Virus record (IMG/VR): IMGVR_UViG_3300005663_000003
Location: 22,672-86,671 of that record
DNA length: 64,000 nucleotides
Strand: one strand, 5' to 3'
DNA from: a virus
The notes under the pieces were generated by a model. That model saw only the letters and a program-made list of their open reading frames with translations, did no database searches and was not told the origin of the DNA. Of this stretch, positions 1-9,793 are shown in pieces. The first letter of the stretch is position 1. Every line of letters starts with the position of its first letter. Made by a program: the position numbers and the translations under genes.

Positions 1-4
1 CGAT

Positions 5-697
5 ATGAGCGTGTTCCGGTTCCTGGAGCGCCAACCGGCGGACCTCGTCGCCGAAGTCCTCAACGCCCCGGTGGGTTCGCCGACGACCCCGGTCAGAGTG
101 ACGGCGGTGCCCGTCGGCCTCTCGCGCCTCACCGTGAGCACGCTGGTCGAGGACAACGCCGCAAGCTCGGGCGTCACCATCTGGGTTCAGCTCGCCACGC
201 TCGACGACCTCAAGGAACGCGAGGGGGACGTCGATGCTTTCTTCACGGGATCGGCTGCGCTCTGCCCCTTCGAGACGATCAGCCGGGCGTGTATGCGCCA
301 GCTCTACCTGAACATCCAGTCCCTGTTCCCCCCGCCTCAGCGGTCGGCGCCTCCCCTCAGTCTGCGCGGGGCGGGACCCAGGCAGGTCGCGGGTCGGCGC
401 GGTCTCCCCGACCTCGACGCCACGGACTTCTGGAGCCTCAACCCCGAGGGCGACTGGGAGCTGGTGGGCCTCCAGAACATCAGCGACTTCAAAGAGTGGG
501 CCATCGCCTGGAGCCTCGGCCTCATTTGGAAGCGCAAGGCGGGCGGCGACAACGATGAGATGCTCAAGCGCTCGAAATCCTACTTTGAGGAGGCTTCCGA
601 CCAGTTCTCCCTCCTCCCCTTCCTGGCCGACTTTGACCGGGATGGGACACCGGAAAGAGAAGTGAGGCGGACCACCCCCCTTATTCGCCGGGGGTAG
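5..697 (+). CDS. Putative head-tail adaptor/connector protein
   Basis: 230-aa ORF directly upstream of gp10-like and terminator genes; assignment mainly from synteny. Confidence 0.5.
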   Translation: MSVFRFLERQPADLVAEVLNAPVGSPTTPVRVTAVPVGLSRLTVSTLVEDNAASSGVTIWVQLATLDDLKEREGDVDAFFTGSAALCPFETISRACMRQLYLNIQSLFPPPQRSAPPLSLRGAGPRQVAGRRGLPDLDATDFWSLNPEGDWELVGLQNISDFKEWAIAWSLGLIWKRKAGGDNDEMLKRSKSYFEEASDQFSLLPFLADFDRDGTPEREVRRTTPLIRRG

Positions 698-698
698 C

Positions 699-707
699 TG
701 CTAGGCT
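699..707 (+). promoter_or_regulatory. Extended -10 (TGcTAGGCT), probable leaderless start for ORF 714
   Basis: TG-N-TAnnnT ends 6 nt before ATG 714. Confidence 0.4.
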
Positions 708-713
708 AGGACC

Positions 714-1202
714 ATGCTCACGTTCGAGTTCGTTGATGAAGGGCTTGCCGAAGCTCTGAGGGACCTCCCTCAGAACGTGGCGGGTGCCATCGAGAAGACG
801 GTGAGGGACACCACCGCGCGGGCTCGGAACATCGCCAAGTTCAAAACCCCGGTGGACTCGACCAAGGCCATCAACGGCTGGCGCATCCGCTTCGAGGAGA
901 ACGGACAGCGCGGCGTGTTCTTCAACGAAGTCCCTTACATCAACGTGCTGGAGTTCGGAGGCTACCCAGTCCGGCGGGCCAGCGCGGGCGCCTCACCCGG
1001 CACGCTGCGACGAGGGCGCGCGGTTCTCGGCGGGCTGCCCCCGGGTCCGAGGACGCAGCGCGCTCCCGGCGGCGAGCCTCCGATGCGCAGCAACGTCAGC
1101 AAGCAGGCGCCGCGCGGCATGGTCCGCTTCACCCTGCAAGAGATTGAGCCCGCGTTCCTCTTCGACCTTTCCGAAAACATCGACCAGGCTCTGGTGGCCT
1201 GA
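714..1202 (+). CDS. HK97 gp10-like tail completion/neck protein
   Basis: Motifs TPVDS..A.NGW and N.VPY...LEFG; synteny. Confidence 0.75.
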   Translation: MLTFEFVDEGLAEALRDLPQNVAGAIEKTVRDTTARARNIAKFKTPVDSTKAINGWRIRFEENGQRGVFFNEVPYINVLEFGGYPVRRASAGASPGTLRRGRAVLGGLPPGPRTQRAPGGEPPMRSNVSKQAPRGMVRFTLQEIEPAFLFDLSENIDQALVA

Positions 1203-1702
1203 TGCCCATGGTGCTCGACGTCGACCTGGAGCGGAGCTGGCTCGACGAGCTGGTGGAACGTCTCGATACCGAGACGCTCGCCATCGATCTGCCTGGCCTG
1301 ATCTTCAGGGCCAAGGCGCGGAACCGCTGGGTCGAGCCGAGGCTACTCAACCGCTTCCCAAGTGAGGCGGACCTGCGCGCACCGTGGGAAGACCTCACCC
1401 TCCAGGTGAGGTGCTTCGTCAAGGTCGAGGCCAAGGGCGAGCGAGCCCTAACGCTGAGCGAGGTCGTCGATGAGGTTCTGGGGATCATAGACCCCAGGCG
1501 CCGCACGGCCAAGAACCTCGCGGGCATCATCAGGATCCGCGACTGCGACGGAATTGAGGTAGGCATCCTCCAGTGCCGCCCGGTGTCGGAGCGTCGTGCG
1601 TATAATCAGCAAGTCAACATCAGGGGAGACGACCTCGCAGGACTGGACGTCGCCATCCTCACCGTTCCATGTAAGCTGACCTCGGCTGAGGTCTGCGGGT
1701 AA
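1202..1702 (+). CDS. Putative tail terminator protein
   Basis: 166 aa, between gp10-like and tail tube genes, TGATG overlap. Confidence 0.5.
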   Translation: MPMVLDVDLERSWLDELVERLDTETLAIDLPGLIFRAKARNRWVEPRLLNRFPSEADLRAPWEDLTLQVRCFVKVEAKGERALTLSEVVDEVLGIIDPRRRTAKNLAGIIRIRDCDGIEVGILQCRPVSERRAYNQQVNIRGDDLAGLDVAILTVPCKLTSAEVCG

Positions 1703-1717
1703 CAGAGGGAGAGAGCC

Positions 1718-2539
1718 ATGCCCGGCGTTAAGAACATTCGACAGGGGCGGATCCGCATCCAGAGTGGCGACCCGATCCCGTTGGAGAAGATCACCGAGTT
1801 CACCCAAGGGGACTTCACGTTCACCGAGAACTTCCCCACCAACATCATCCGCGACCGTGGGCGAATCCGCGAGATCAACGCGGGCGACGAACAGCCGGTG
1901 GATTGGTCCTTCTCGGCCACGTTCATCCGCGAGTTCCTCCACCGGACGCTGAGGGACAAAATCTTCGACGGTCTCGCGGAGACCATCGGCGGCCTGATCC
2001 CGGCGGCGGTGAACACGAACGTGCTTCTCACCTACGCCTACGAACAGAACAGCTTCCAGCTTGCGGCGACGGAGCCCGGCGTCAAGCTCGCGGTTCCCGG
2101 CACCCCGCCGGGCGCGGTGGACGAGTTCTCGGAGGAGCCCAGCTTGGGCTTCGACATCGAGGGCGTCCTTATCGTGCAGAAGGGAGGCGCGGGCCCGGGG
2201 TCCGGCGGCTTCAACGTCCAGCAAGCGGCGGGCGACGTCGACCGCGACGTCGTCTACGACGCGGTCGGCCAGACGACGCTGGTGCTCCCCGGCTTCCCGG
2301 CCGACTGCTCCGGCGGGCGCAAGACGTTCAAGCTCATCCTCGACATCTTCGACGCCTGCAACCCGCCCGACTTCGCGGACCCGACGGTCGGCATCATCGA
2401 GGTCAGCTACGTCGTGGATAACGCGTTCCTCACTTCGGACACCTTCGCCGAAGCGGACGACGCGGACACCATCAGCTTCACCGGCCAGGCCCTTCCCCTG
2501 AACGGCAAGGTGCGGATCGTTCCGGGTGGCGAGCCGTAG
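1718..2539 (+). CDS. Major tail tube protein
   Basis: 273-aa acidic beta-rich ORF with good SD, followed by hairpin, chaperone and tape measure. Confidence 0.7.
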   Translation: MPGVKNIRQGRIRIQSGDPIPLEKITEFTQGDFTFTENFPTNIIRDRGRIREINAGDEQPVDWSFSATFIREFLHRTLRDKIFDGLAETIGGLIPAAVNTNVLLTYAYEQNSFQLAATEPGVKLAVPGTPPGAVDEFSEEPSLGFDIEGVLIVQKGGAGPGSGGFNVQQAAGDVDRDVVYDAVGQTTLVLPGFPADCSGGRKTFKLILDIFDACNPPDFADPTVGIIEVSYVVDNAFLTSDTFAEADDADTISFTGQALPLNGKVRIVPGGEP

Positions 2540-2584
2540 GCCGACGACCCCCTCACCTTTTCTGTCGACTTCTTCTAGTGGGTA

Positions 2585-2616
2585 GCGGGCCCGCCTCTTA
2601 GCCGAGGCGGGCCCGT
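2585..2616 (+). terminator. Hairpin after tail tube gene (terminator/attenuator)
   Basis: GCGGGCCCGCCTC-ttagcc-GAGGCGGGCCCGT 13-bp stem with weak U tract; TGTGTATAGT -10-like element follows. Confidence 0.6.
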
Positions 2617-2659
2617 TGTGTATAGTGAGGACTCACATCAACGAAGCGAGAGTGAAGCG

Positions 2660-3376
2660 ATGAAGATCCTCGGCGCCTCAGGCATCGACCTGAGGGAAAT
2701 CAAGGTCCCTATCGGCAAGCGAGCTGGCAAGGTCGTCGAGTTGACGATGCGGCCGGTGAAGCTCAGCAAGCTAATCGAAATCGAGGCGGCCATCCTGAAG
2801 CCTGTGCCGCCCTCGACCGGTGAGACCCAGAAGGACCCGAAGACCGGCAAGGCCCTCAAGCGGAATGGTCGCCCGCTGATGGTGAGGGACGGGCGGGACG
2901 AGAAATACCTGGAGCAGGTCGTGCTCCGGTCGACGGCGGTGAACGTCGCCACGGTCCTCGCGGGCCTCGGCGATCAGATCAGCGACCTGCCCAAGCGGAC
3001 GGATGAGCAAACGGCACAAGCCTACTGGCTCGGCGTCCTGGACAAGCTCACCGACATGGGCATCGACACCGGCATCTTCCAGAACCTCGTCGCGGCCTCC
3101 GACGACCTGAGCGCCCCTCTGTCGAATCTCGAAATCCTGATGATGAGGAAGGCCCTCGGGACCGAGAAGGAGTCCCCAGCCCTCACCGAGGATGACGAGC
3201 AGAGCATCGGCGAGGCCATCGAGAAAGAAGAGGCAGCCTCGGGAAAGTCCGAGGGGGTCGGCGCTCCCTCCTCTACTACAAGCTCCAAGCCACCGAGCGC
3301 CTCCGCTGGCTCACCCCCGAACGATTCGACGAAGGAGAGAGAGGAGAACAGGCAGCCCTCATCGTCTACGCTATAG
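2660..3376 (+). CDS. Tail assembly chaperone (G-like)
   Basis: Between tube and TMP; ATG 2660 preferred; contains slippery site. Confidence 0.8.
   Translation: MKILGASGIDLREIKVPIGKRAGKVVELTMRPVKLSKLIEIEAAILKPVPPSTGETQKDPKTGKALKRNGRPLMVRDGRDEKYLEQVVLRSTAVNVATVLAGLGDQISDLPKRTDEQTAQAYWLGVLDKLTDMGIDTGIFQNLVAASDDLSAPLSNLEILMMRKALGTEKESPALTEDDEQSIGEAIEKEEAASGKSEGVGAPSSTTSSKPPSASAGSPPNDSTKEREENRQPSSSTL
3241..3247 (+). other. Programmed -1 frameshift site G GGA AAG
   Basis: Same heptamer as lambda G/GT, in the correct phase (TCG GGA AAG). Confidence 0.85.
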
Positions 3377-3591
3377 AGCGTAGAAGGCAAGACCTCGAAG
3401 ACTTGGGTGAGGTGGTTGAGCGAGCCTTTGGGCGTGTGCTGGCGCAAGCGTTCGGTAAGAGTGAGGAAGCAGGAGAAGAAGGGATCCGGACGGAGTCGGC
3501 AACCTACATAGGACACGACCCGAAGACCGGAGCGAGGACCGAGGCCAATGGCAACAGCCGAACTCAGAGGAGTCATCAGCGGCGACGCTAG
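3241..3591 (+). CDS. Tail assembly chaperone GT extension (-1 frame)
   Basis: -1 frame open from the slippery site to TAG 3589-3591 (GKVRGGRRSLLYYKLQATERLRWLTPERFDE...), overlapping the TMP start. Confidence 0.8.
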   Translation, partial: GKVRGGRRSLLYYKLQATERLRWLTPERFDEGERGEQAALIVYAIERRRQDLEDLGEVVERAFGRVLAQAFGKSEEAGEEGIRTESATYIGHDPKTGARTEANGNSRTQRSHQRRR

Positions 3592-6500
3592 TGAGTTCGT
3601 CGCGGCCTCGACTCAGGCCCAGCGATCCCTGGGCGCACTCGGCAAGACCGGGGCGACGGTCGCCACGCAGCTCCAGAATGTGCTGGGAGGAACCGGGACG
3701 CAGCGCGATGCGCTCGGTCGGTTCACGAAGAACGCAGGGAAGGCTCGCGACGCGCTCGGGCGTTTCAAGAAAGAAGGCGCGGCGACTTCCTCCATCTTCT
3801 CCAAGCTGCGCAACACGCTCGGCAAGGTGGGGAGGTCGGCCATCGACGCGGGCAAGTCGGCGGCCTCTGCGTTCCGTTCGGCTGGCGGAATCCTCAAGGA
3901 CATCGCGATCGGCGCCACTGCGGTTGTTGCTGCGCTAGCCGCGATCGGCGGCGCGGCGGTCGTGAACTTCGCCAAGTTCCAAACCGCCTTTAGCCAGGTC
4001 CGCACCCTGGTCGACGAGTCGCAGGTCGACGTCCAACTGCTGAGCGACGGCGTGCGTGAGCTGTCGGTGCGGTTCGGTGTCGACGTCACCGAGGCGACGC
4101 GAGCGGCCTACCAAGCGATCAGCGCCGGGCAGGACCCCGCGAACGTGGTGAACTTCCTCGCCACCGCCTTCGAGAATGCGGCGGCTGGTGCGGCCACCGT
4201 AGTCGAGTCGGTCGACCTTCTGACCTCGGCCCTTAACGTGTTCGAGTCACAAGGGCTCACCGCTGAGCAGGCGTCGGACATCCTGTTCAAAACTGTCGAG
4301 CTTGGCAAGACGACCATCGCCGAACTCGCGGCGAGCTTCGGCCAGGTTGGACCCATCGCCGCTGCCGCCGGGGTGAGCTTCGCCGACCTCGGCGCCGCGC
4401 TCGCGACGACGACGGCCCAAGGCTTGAGCACTGCCGAGGCGTCGACCGCAATCAAGGCGGCCATCGCCGGGATCGTCAACCCGGCTAAGGGGGCTGCTGG
4501 CGCTCTCGAAAGCATCGGCGTCAGTGCGCGGAGTCTCAGAGAGGAGGGCCTGGTCGCGACGTTCGAGAGGATCGGCGACGCGACCGGCGGGGCCATCGAG
4601 AACATCGTAAGGTTCCTCCCCAACATCCGTGCGGTCAACGCGGCGGCGATCCTCGCGGGTAGTGGCCTCGACAAGTTCAGGGCGGCGGCTGAAGGGACCT
4701 CGGATTCAACCGGCGCCGCGTCGCGCGCCTTCGAGAAGCTGGTAGCCGACATTGCCCGAACGTTCAGCATCATCCGCCAGACTCTGACGGACACCTTCCG
4801 CCAGATCGGCGAAGCCTTGACGCCGATCGTCGGTCAACTCGGCAACGTGTTCAGCGCGTTCGCTATGAACACGCGCACAGAGGTCATCGCCCTGACTCGC
4901 GTTCTCGGCGCTCGGTTCGCTGACGCTGGGGACTCGATCGAGGATTTCGAGGCGACGGTGAGCAGCTCGGGCGGCGCGATCAGTCTCGGGCTGAGCGCCG
5001 TGAGCGCCGTGCTGGAAGGTCTCGCCGACGCATTCAATTCGGTCGCCCGCCCCGTCGGCGCCATCGCGGCGTCGTTCGAGTTCCTCGCCACCATCCTCAA
5101 GTCCGCGCTCCTGTCGGTCGTCTCGCTTGTCACGATCGCGCTCAATGGGCTGCTACAGATCATCGTGGGAATCCCCGAGGCGCTCATCCGTCTCGTCTCC
5201 ACGGTCGCCGACTTCATCCCCGGACTCGACGGCCTGGTCAAGAGCCTCGACAAAGCGAGCACCGGACTCAAGGACATCCGCGACGAGGCGCAAGCCTTCT
5301 CGGATTCTCTGGAGGAGTCGCAAGAGGCGGCGGTAAAGGCTGCTGAGGAGTTCGACTTCTCTGCCGTGTTGAATGAAAGTGCGAAGGCGGTGCGTGAAGT
5401 TGGGACCAGCTTCGCGGAAGCCGCCAACGATGTCGAGGACTTCGGCGAGGAAGTCGCAGCGGCAGTGCGCGAGGCGCAGGCCCGGGGCGAGATCGTGCAA
5501 CTCGGCAGCGACCTCAAGACGACGGCAGCCGAGGCGAAGGGCGCAGCCGAAGCACTCACCGAGTTGGGCGAGGCTGGAGCCGGGGCGACCGCCGGGCTCA
5601 ACGCCGCGACGACTGCGACCACCGGACTGAGTCAAGCTCTCCAGGGGATCGCAGGCGGAAGCTCAGAGGCGGCGCGCGGGCTCGCCGACCTCGGGCCTAA
5701 GGCGATGGAAGTCGCCGAGGCCATCGCGGGGATCGGGGCGGCTCAGACCGATGAGCAAGCCTTGGCCCGGCGGCAGGAAGCCATCGCGAACCTGATCGCG
5801 GCGGCGGATGCCGAACTGTCCAAAGCCATCACTGCAGCTCGCGACCGGGGCAGGGAGCAGCTACAGGAAGCGGAAGCGAACCTGCGCGCAGCCCAGGCGA
5901 CCGCACAGGAAGCGGCTGGGACCGAAGTCTTCGCCGCTGCGTTCCGGGAGGAGCGCCGCGCAGCCGACGACCTTGAGGCCACGGTTCGCAGCGTTAACGA
6001 TGCGTTCAACGCCCAGCGCGCCTTGGCGCGCGAAGTCTTCGACTCGGTCATCCAAGACATCGGTGGGATCGATGGCGCGCTGGAGGTCTTCCGCACGGAC
6101 TCCATCGCCAAGGCTGCGACAGCCGGGCGGGCGACCACGGCAGAGGCACGCCGCGTGTTCGACAGGGAAGTGGCCCGGCTGCGTGAGGCGCGGGCCGCTT
6201 CGGAAATCGAGGACGTCGCCTTCTTCGATCAGCTCAATGCAGCACGCGCCCGGCTCAACCAAACCGTGGAGGATGCTGGCGACACGTTCGAGCGGGCGCG
6301 CGACCAGGCCGAGGCTGCCTTCGACCTCGGCACTCAGACGGCATCGGTCAACGAACTCGCAGACGCTCTCACCGGTCCGTTCGCCGAGGCGGTCCAGCAA
6401 GCGCGCGAGGATGCCGAGACGTTCGGCTTCAGTCAGGAGGAGTTGAACGAGGCCCTCAAGGGGATCGTCGAGCAGTCGGAGGAGACGGGCGAGAGCGTTG

Positions 6501-7081
6501 TGGACCTCGCCGAGGACTTCGAAGACCTCGGCGAGTCGGCCAAGGACGCAGCGGCGGACCTCAAGGAGTCGGCACGCATTGCCGAGGAAGCGGCCACCAG
6601 CTTCGAGAACGCGTCCGCTCGGTTGACTCAGGCGCAGAGCTTCGCAAGAACCGGTGTCGGCGTGCGGTCAGGTGGCGAGACCCAGGCGCAGGTAAACGCG
6701 CGGTTCGGCGGCCTGCGGTTCGGCATCCAACAGCAGCCCCGGACCACGGGCAGGCGCAGCATCACGGGCCGGGCTATCAGCGAGTCGGGACAGATCGCGC
6801 CGCGCGGCATCCTGAGCTTCGACCTCGGTGGCCCGGTGCGGACCGACCAGCTCGCGCGCCTCCAGGCTGGCGAGACGGTCCTCAGCCGCTTCGACACGGC
6901 GGCCCTTCGGTCGATCCTCGGCAGTCGAGGCGGCGGCGCAGCCACCAACATCATCAACGTCTCGCCGACCTTTAATATCGAGGGCGGGAACGCAGAGGAC
7001 AACCGCGCGATGGCCCGCAGCCTCATCCCGGAGATCACTCGGGCGGTAGACCTCGGAGTGGTCGGGAAGGGGGTGCTGTGA
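3548..7081 (+). CDS. Tail tape measure protein (TP901-family core)
   Basis: 1177 aa, Ala-rich helical; core YQAISAG...SDILFKTVELGKTTIAELAASFGQVGPIAAAAGVSF. Confidence 0.95.
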   Translation: MATAELRGVISGDASEFVAASTQAQRSLGALGKTGATVATQLQNVLGGTGTQRDALGRFTKNAGKARDALGRFKKEGAATSSIFSKLRNTLGKVGRSAIDAGKSAASAFRSAGGILKDIAIGATAVVAALAAIGGAAVVNFAKFQTAFSQVRTLVDESQVDVQLLSDGVRELSVRFGVDVTEATRAAYQAISAGQDPANVVNFLATAFENAAAGAATVVESVDLLTSALNVFESQGLTAEQASDILFKTVELGKTTIAELAASFGQVGPIAAAAGVSFADLGAALATTTAQGLSTAEASTAIKAAIAGIVNPAKGAAGALESIGVSARSLREEGLVATFERIGDATGGAIENIVRFLPNIRAVNAAAILAGSGLDKFRAAAEGTSDSTGAASRAFEKLVADIARTFSIIRQTLTDTFRQIGEALTPIVGQLGNVFSAFAMNTRTEVIALTRVLGARFADAGDSIEDFEATVSSSGGAISLGLSAVSAVLEGLADAFNSVARPVGAIAASFEFLATILKSALLSVVSLVTIALNGLLQIIVGIPEALIRLVSTVADFIPGLDGLVKSLDKASTGLKDIRDEAQAFSDSLEESQEAAVKAAEEFDFSAVLNESAKAVREVGTSFAEAANDVEDFGEEVAAAVREAQARGEIVQLGSDLKTTAAEAKGAAEALTELGEAGAGATAGLNAATTATTGLSQALQGIAGGSSEAARGLADLGPKAMEVAEAIAGIGAAQTDEQALARRQEAIANLIAAADAELSKAITAARDRGREQLQEAEANLRAAQATAQEAAGTEVFAAAFREERRAADDLEATVRSVNDAFNAQRALAREVFDSVIQDIGGIDGALEVFRTDSIAKAATAGRATTAEARRVFDREVARLREARAASEIEDVAFFDQLNAARARLNQTVEDAGDTFERARDQAEAAFDLGTQTASVNELADALTGPFAEAVQQAREDAETFGFSQEELNEALKGIVEQSEETGESVVDLAEDFEDLGESAKDAAADLKESARIAEEAATSFENASARLTQAQSFARTGVGVRSGGETQAQVNARFGGLRFGIQQQPRTTGRRSITGRAISESGQIAPRGILSFDLGGPVRTDQLARLQAGETVLSRFDTAALRSILGSRGGGAATNIINVSPTFNIEGGNAEDNRAMARSLIPEITRAVDLGVVGKGVL

Positions 7082-7635
7082 GCTGGACCTTCACCAACTT
7101 CCAGACCGGCCTGACCATCACGGTTCGCAACCCCGAGCCCGGTGACACGCACCGCTTCGAGCGGCGGCAGGCGAGCGGCGAGACGGAAGGCGGCAGGCAG
7201 TTCACGCAAGACCTGGGCATCACCGATGAGTTCCTCGAAGGGAGCTGGGCGGCGCTCAGCCGCTGCGAGAAGGACGACCTGCTCCGCTTCTTCGAGTCGG
7301 TGAAGTATCGGGCGCTCAGCTTCCGCCTGGCGACGACCGACGGCGGCGCGCATATCCCGTTCGGGTTCAACCCGGCGAACTCCATCAACCGCGTGCGCCT
7401 CGACCAGTCGCGGCTGGAGTTCCGCCACATCCTGAACGACGCGGCGCGGCGCGGCGTCGACGAGCGGTTCGAGACGACGATGCGCTTCCGGTTCGTGCCG
7501 CTCCCGACGGTCGAGGTTTCAGACGTCATAGACATCGCGGACAATGTCATCATCGCGTTCAATGACGTCCTTCAGGCGTCGGCCAACGATTCGGTTTCGG
7601 TTAACGACAGCGTGGTATCGGCGGTCCTCTCCTGA
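7078..7635 (+). CDS. Putative distal tail protein
   Basis: Immediately after TMP, 185 aa, beta-rich. Confidence 0.5.
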   Translation: MSWTFTNFQTGLTITVRNPEPGDTHRFERRQASGETEGGRQFTQDLGITDEFLEGSWAALSRCEKDDLLRFFESVKYRALSFRLATTDGGAHIPFGFNPANSINRVRLDQSRLEFRHILNDAARRGVDERFETTMRFRFVPLPTVEVSDVIDIADNVIIAFNDVLQASANDSVSVNDSVVSAVLS

Positions 7636-8015
7636 TGGAAACTCACAAGCTGGCGATCCTCTGCGCCCCGTTCCGCAAGCGATCGGCCGGAGACATTACG
7701 CGCATGAAGCGCGCGAAGTCCGAACTCCTCAAGCGGGGCTGGCTCCCCATCTTCCTGCCCGACACCTTGGTGGACGTGCTCGACGACGACGACGACGAGC
7801 AGCGCGTGCTCGCGGTCGCGGCGTCGTCTTTCTTCTGCCGGACGATGGCGGACTTCCCCGACGCGGAGATGGTTGTCGTCGGTCTCCACATGACCGTGGG
7901 GATGCGCTCAGACGTTGCGTCCTGGCTCGACGCTGGAGGCCCGGCGCCGAGGAACATCGCGGACGTCATCTTCAACGGCGAGAAGGAGGAGGTAGACGAT
8001 GGCGGCAATCACTGA
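7635..8015 (+). CDS. Small alpha/beta protein, nucleoside 2-deoxyribosyltransferase-like (DUF4406/DUF7768-like)
   Basis: Pattern ILCAPFR...RGWLPI...LDDDD.EQR...VVG..MT.GM..D. Confidence 0.5.
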   Translation: METHKLAILCAPFRKRSAGDITRMKRAKSELLKRGWLPIFLPDTLVDVLDDDDDEQRVLAVAASSFFCRTMADFPDAEMVVVGLHMTVGMRSDVASWLDAGGPAPRNIADVIFNGEKEEVDDGGNH

Positions 8016-8517
8016 GCTGCGTGAAAGGTGGGCTCCCGTCGCTGGCTTCGGAGGATTCTACGAAGTGAGCGACAGGGGGCAGGTGCGTAGTCATCATCGC
8101 GGCGGGCGGCCCTTGCGGATCATCTACCGCAAGAGAGACGATCGTCCGTATGTGAACCTCTGTGCCCACGGCGAGCGGAAACTCAGAGCGGTGTATCACT
8201 TGGTGCTCGAAGCATTCGTCGGTCCCTGCCCAGATGGTCTTGAAGCGTGCCACGAAGATGGCGACGTTCGGAACAACTGCCTGCAGAATCTGAGATGGGA
8301 CACGAAGGCGGCCAATGAGGCGGACAAACTCAGGCACGGCACCCGATCGCGCGGAGAGCGTCACGGAATGTCGAAACTGGAGCCTCAGGACGTGAAGATC
8401 ATCAGAAGCCAACAGCCACAGGACTGGAGCGCCGCCAAGGAATTGGGCGAGGCATTCGGCGTCGACCCAGGAACGATCCTACACATCTGGTCGCGAAAGA
8501 CCTGGAGGCACATCTAG
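7999..8517 (+). CDS. NUMOD4-HNH homing endonuclease
   Basis: W.PVAGFGGFYEVSDRGQVRS and VYHLVLEAFVGPCPDGLEACHEDGDVRNNCLQNLRW. Confidence 0.92.
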   Translation: MAAITELRERWAPVAGFGGFYEVSDRGQVRSHHRGGRPLRIIYRKRDDRPYVNLCAHGERKLRAVYHLVLEAFVGPCPDGLEACHEDGDVRNNCLQNLRWDTKAANEADKLRHGTRSRGERHGMSKLEPQDVKIIRSQQPQDWSAAKELGEAFGVDPGTILHIWSRKTWRHI

Positions 8518-9042
8518 ATGGCCGCGACTACGCAACTTCGCGTGCATCACGGAGCGAGCCCCGGCCTCGGTGTCGACGTCAGCGGCCAGACCCTTCGGTT
8601 CAAGCAGGCCGACGATGACATCCAAGACGATCAGAACCCGGTGCCCGTCCCGGACATCGGAGTCGCCTTCTCCTTCCGCAAGAGCTTCAAGCTCGCGGCG
8701 ACCGTCGCCCCCGATAATCGCATCTTCAACCTGCGCATCTTCACGCTCGGGGAGTCGCTCGGCGTGGGGCGGGAGGTCTTCTTCGCGCGCTCGAACAGCT
8801 ACGTCCAAGCGACGGCGGCGGACCTCACCGGGGCGATCGGTTCCACGAACCTCGACGCCTTCACCCCCACGGCGCCCGAGGTCATCCAGGCGGGCGATGT
8901 CATCCTCGGCACCGACGCCATGCCGTTCGACGGCGGGGCCCGCCAGGACTTCTCGATGTTCCAGCTCCGGCACGAGGACACCGCCATCCAGGGCGACGCG
9001 GCGGCGGCCAAAACCCTCGTCATGCGCTACGACGAAAAGTAA
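8518..9042 (+). CDS. Putative virion structural protein
   Basis: 174 aa, beta-rich, ends MRYDEK, in tail module. Confidence 0.55.
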   Translation: MAATTQLRVHHGASPGLGVDVSGQTLRFKQADDDIQDDQNPVPVPDIGVAFSFRKSFKLAATVAPDNRIFNLRIFTLGESLGVGREVFFARSNSYVQATAADLTGAIGSTNLDAFTPTAPEVIQAGDVILGTDAMPFDGGARQDFSMFQLRHEDTAIQGDAAAAKTLVMRYDEK

Positions 9043-9052
9043 GGACTTACGC

Positions 9053-9280
9053 ATGAGAGCCTCAGAGCCCCGTGACGTGAGGATGCCCCACGAACGACGA
9101 GACACCGGCAGCCCCCTCACATCGCCTCACCCGGCCCGCCCCAGGGACTACGCGGGGTCAGCGCTCTACGAGCCGTGCCCGTGCGGGGGGTGCGGCGGGC
9201 CGGACGCCTCTCGGCCTCTCTTCGTCGGACCGGTGAGGCCCAGGCCCCAGGACCCCACCCGCTTCGGCGGCCTGCGGTGA
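9053..9280 (+). CDS. Hypothetical protein (CPCGGC motif)
   Basis: ATG 9053 after AAGGA; stop overlaps the next start. Confidence 0.45.
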   Translation: MRASEPRDVRMPHERRDTGSPLTSPHPARPRDYAGSALYEPCPCGGCGGPDASRPLFVGPVRPRPQDPTRFGGLR

Positions 9281-9657
9281 ATGAGGTTCGTTGGGCCCTC
9301 CTCATGCCGGACGGGAAGCTCATCGAAGGTGAGGGGCAGGACGCTCCCGGCGGCCTTCGGCTGAGCAACTTGGCCGAGGACGCGGTGGCGGCCCGCTTCG
9401 TCAGGGGGAGCACCGACGTCTACATCGCCGGACCGGTCGACCTGCATTGGTCGGTCCAGAAGGTTCACGCCATTGGACCCGACGGCGCAACCGCGCGCCT
9501 CACGTCGACCAGTCGGGCGCTTGTCTTGCGCAGCCTCGACGAAGACGCGCGAGTGTTCATCATGCCTGACGGCGCGGTGAACATCGCCCGGACTGTCGAG
9601 CAGGCGGGCGTCGCCTACGAAGCAATCACCCGCGCGCTGTTGAGGTCGAGGGTGTGA
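9277..9657 (+). CDS. Hypothetical protein
   Basis: GTG start overlapping previous stop; typical codon usage. Confidence 0.55.
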   Translation: MNEVRWALLMPDGKLIEGEGQDAPGGLRLSNLAEDAVAARFVRGSTDVYIAGPVDLHWSVQKVHAIGPDGATARLTSTSRALVLRSLDEDARVFIMPDGAVNIARTVEQAGVAYEAITRALLRSRV

Positions 9658-9670
9658 CGAAGTGAGGGGC

Positions 9671-9790
9671 GTGGCCCATTGCCAGATGTGTGACTTGACG
9701 TTCGCCTACGGGACACCCGATGGTAGACCGATCCGCTGCCCCAAGTGCAAGTGCAAGCGGAAGGCGAAGGCGAAGCCGAAAGCGAAGTGA
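9671..9790 (+). CDS. 39-aa Zn-ribbon peptide with Lys-rich tail (not in ORF track)
   Basis: SD GAGGGG; MAHCQMCDLTFAYGTPDGRPIRCPKCKCKRKAKAKPKAK. Confidence 0.6.
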   Translation: MAHCQMCDLTFAYGTPDGRPIRCPKCKCKRKAKAKPKAK

Positions 9791-9793
9791 GCG

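Noticed and set aside
7999-8517. HNH genes (also 27617, 51830) as intron-encoded or RNA-guided nucleases
   Set aside because: Flanking genes are intact and abut directly; no intron core or room for a guide RNA
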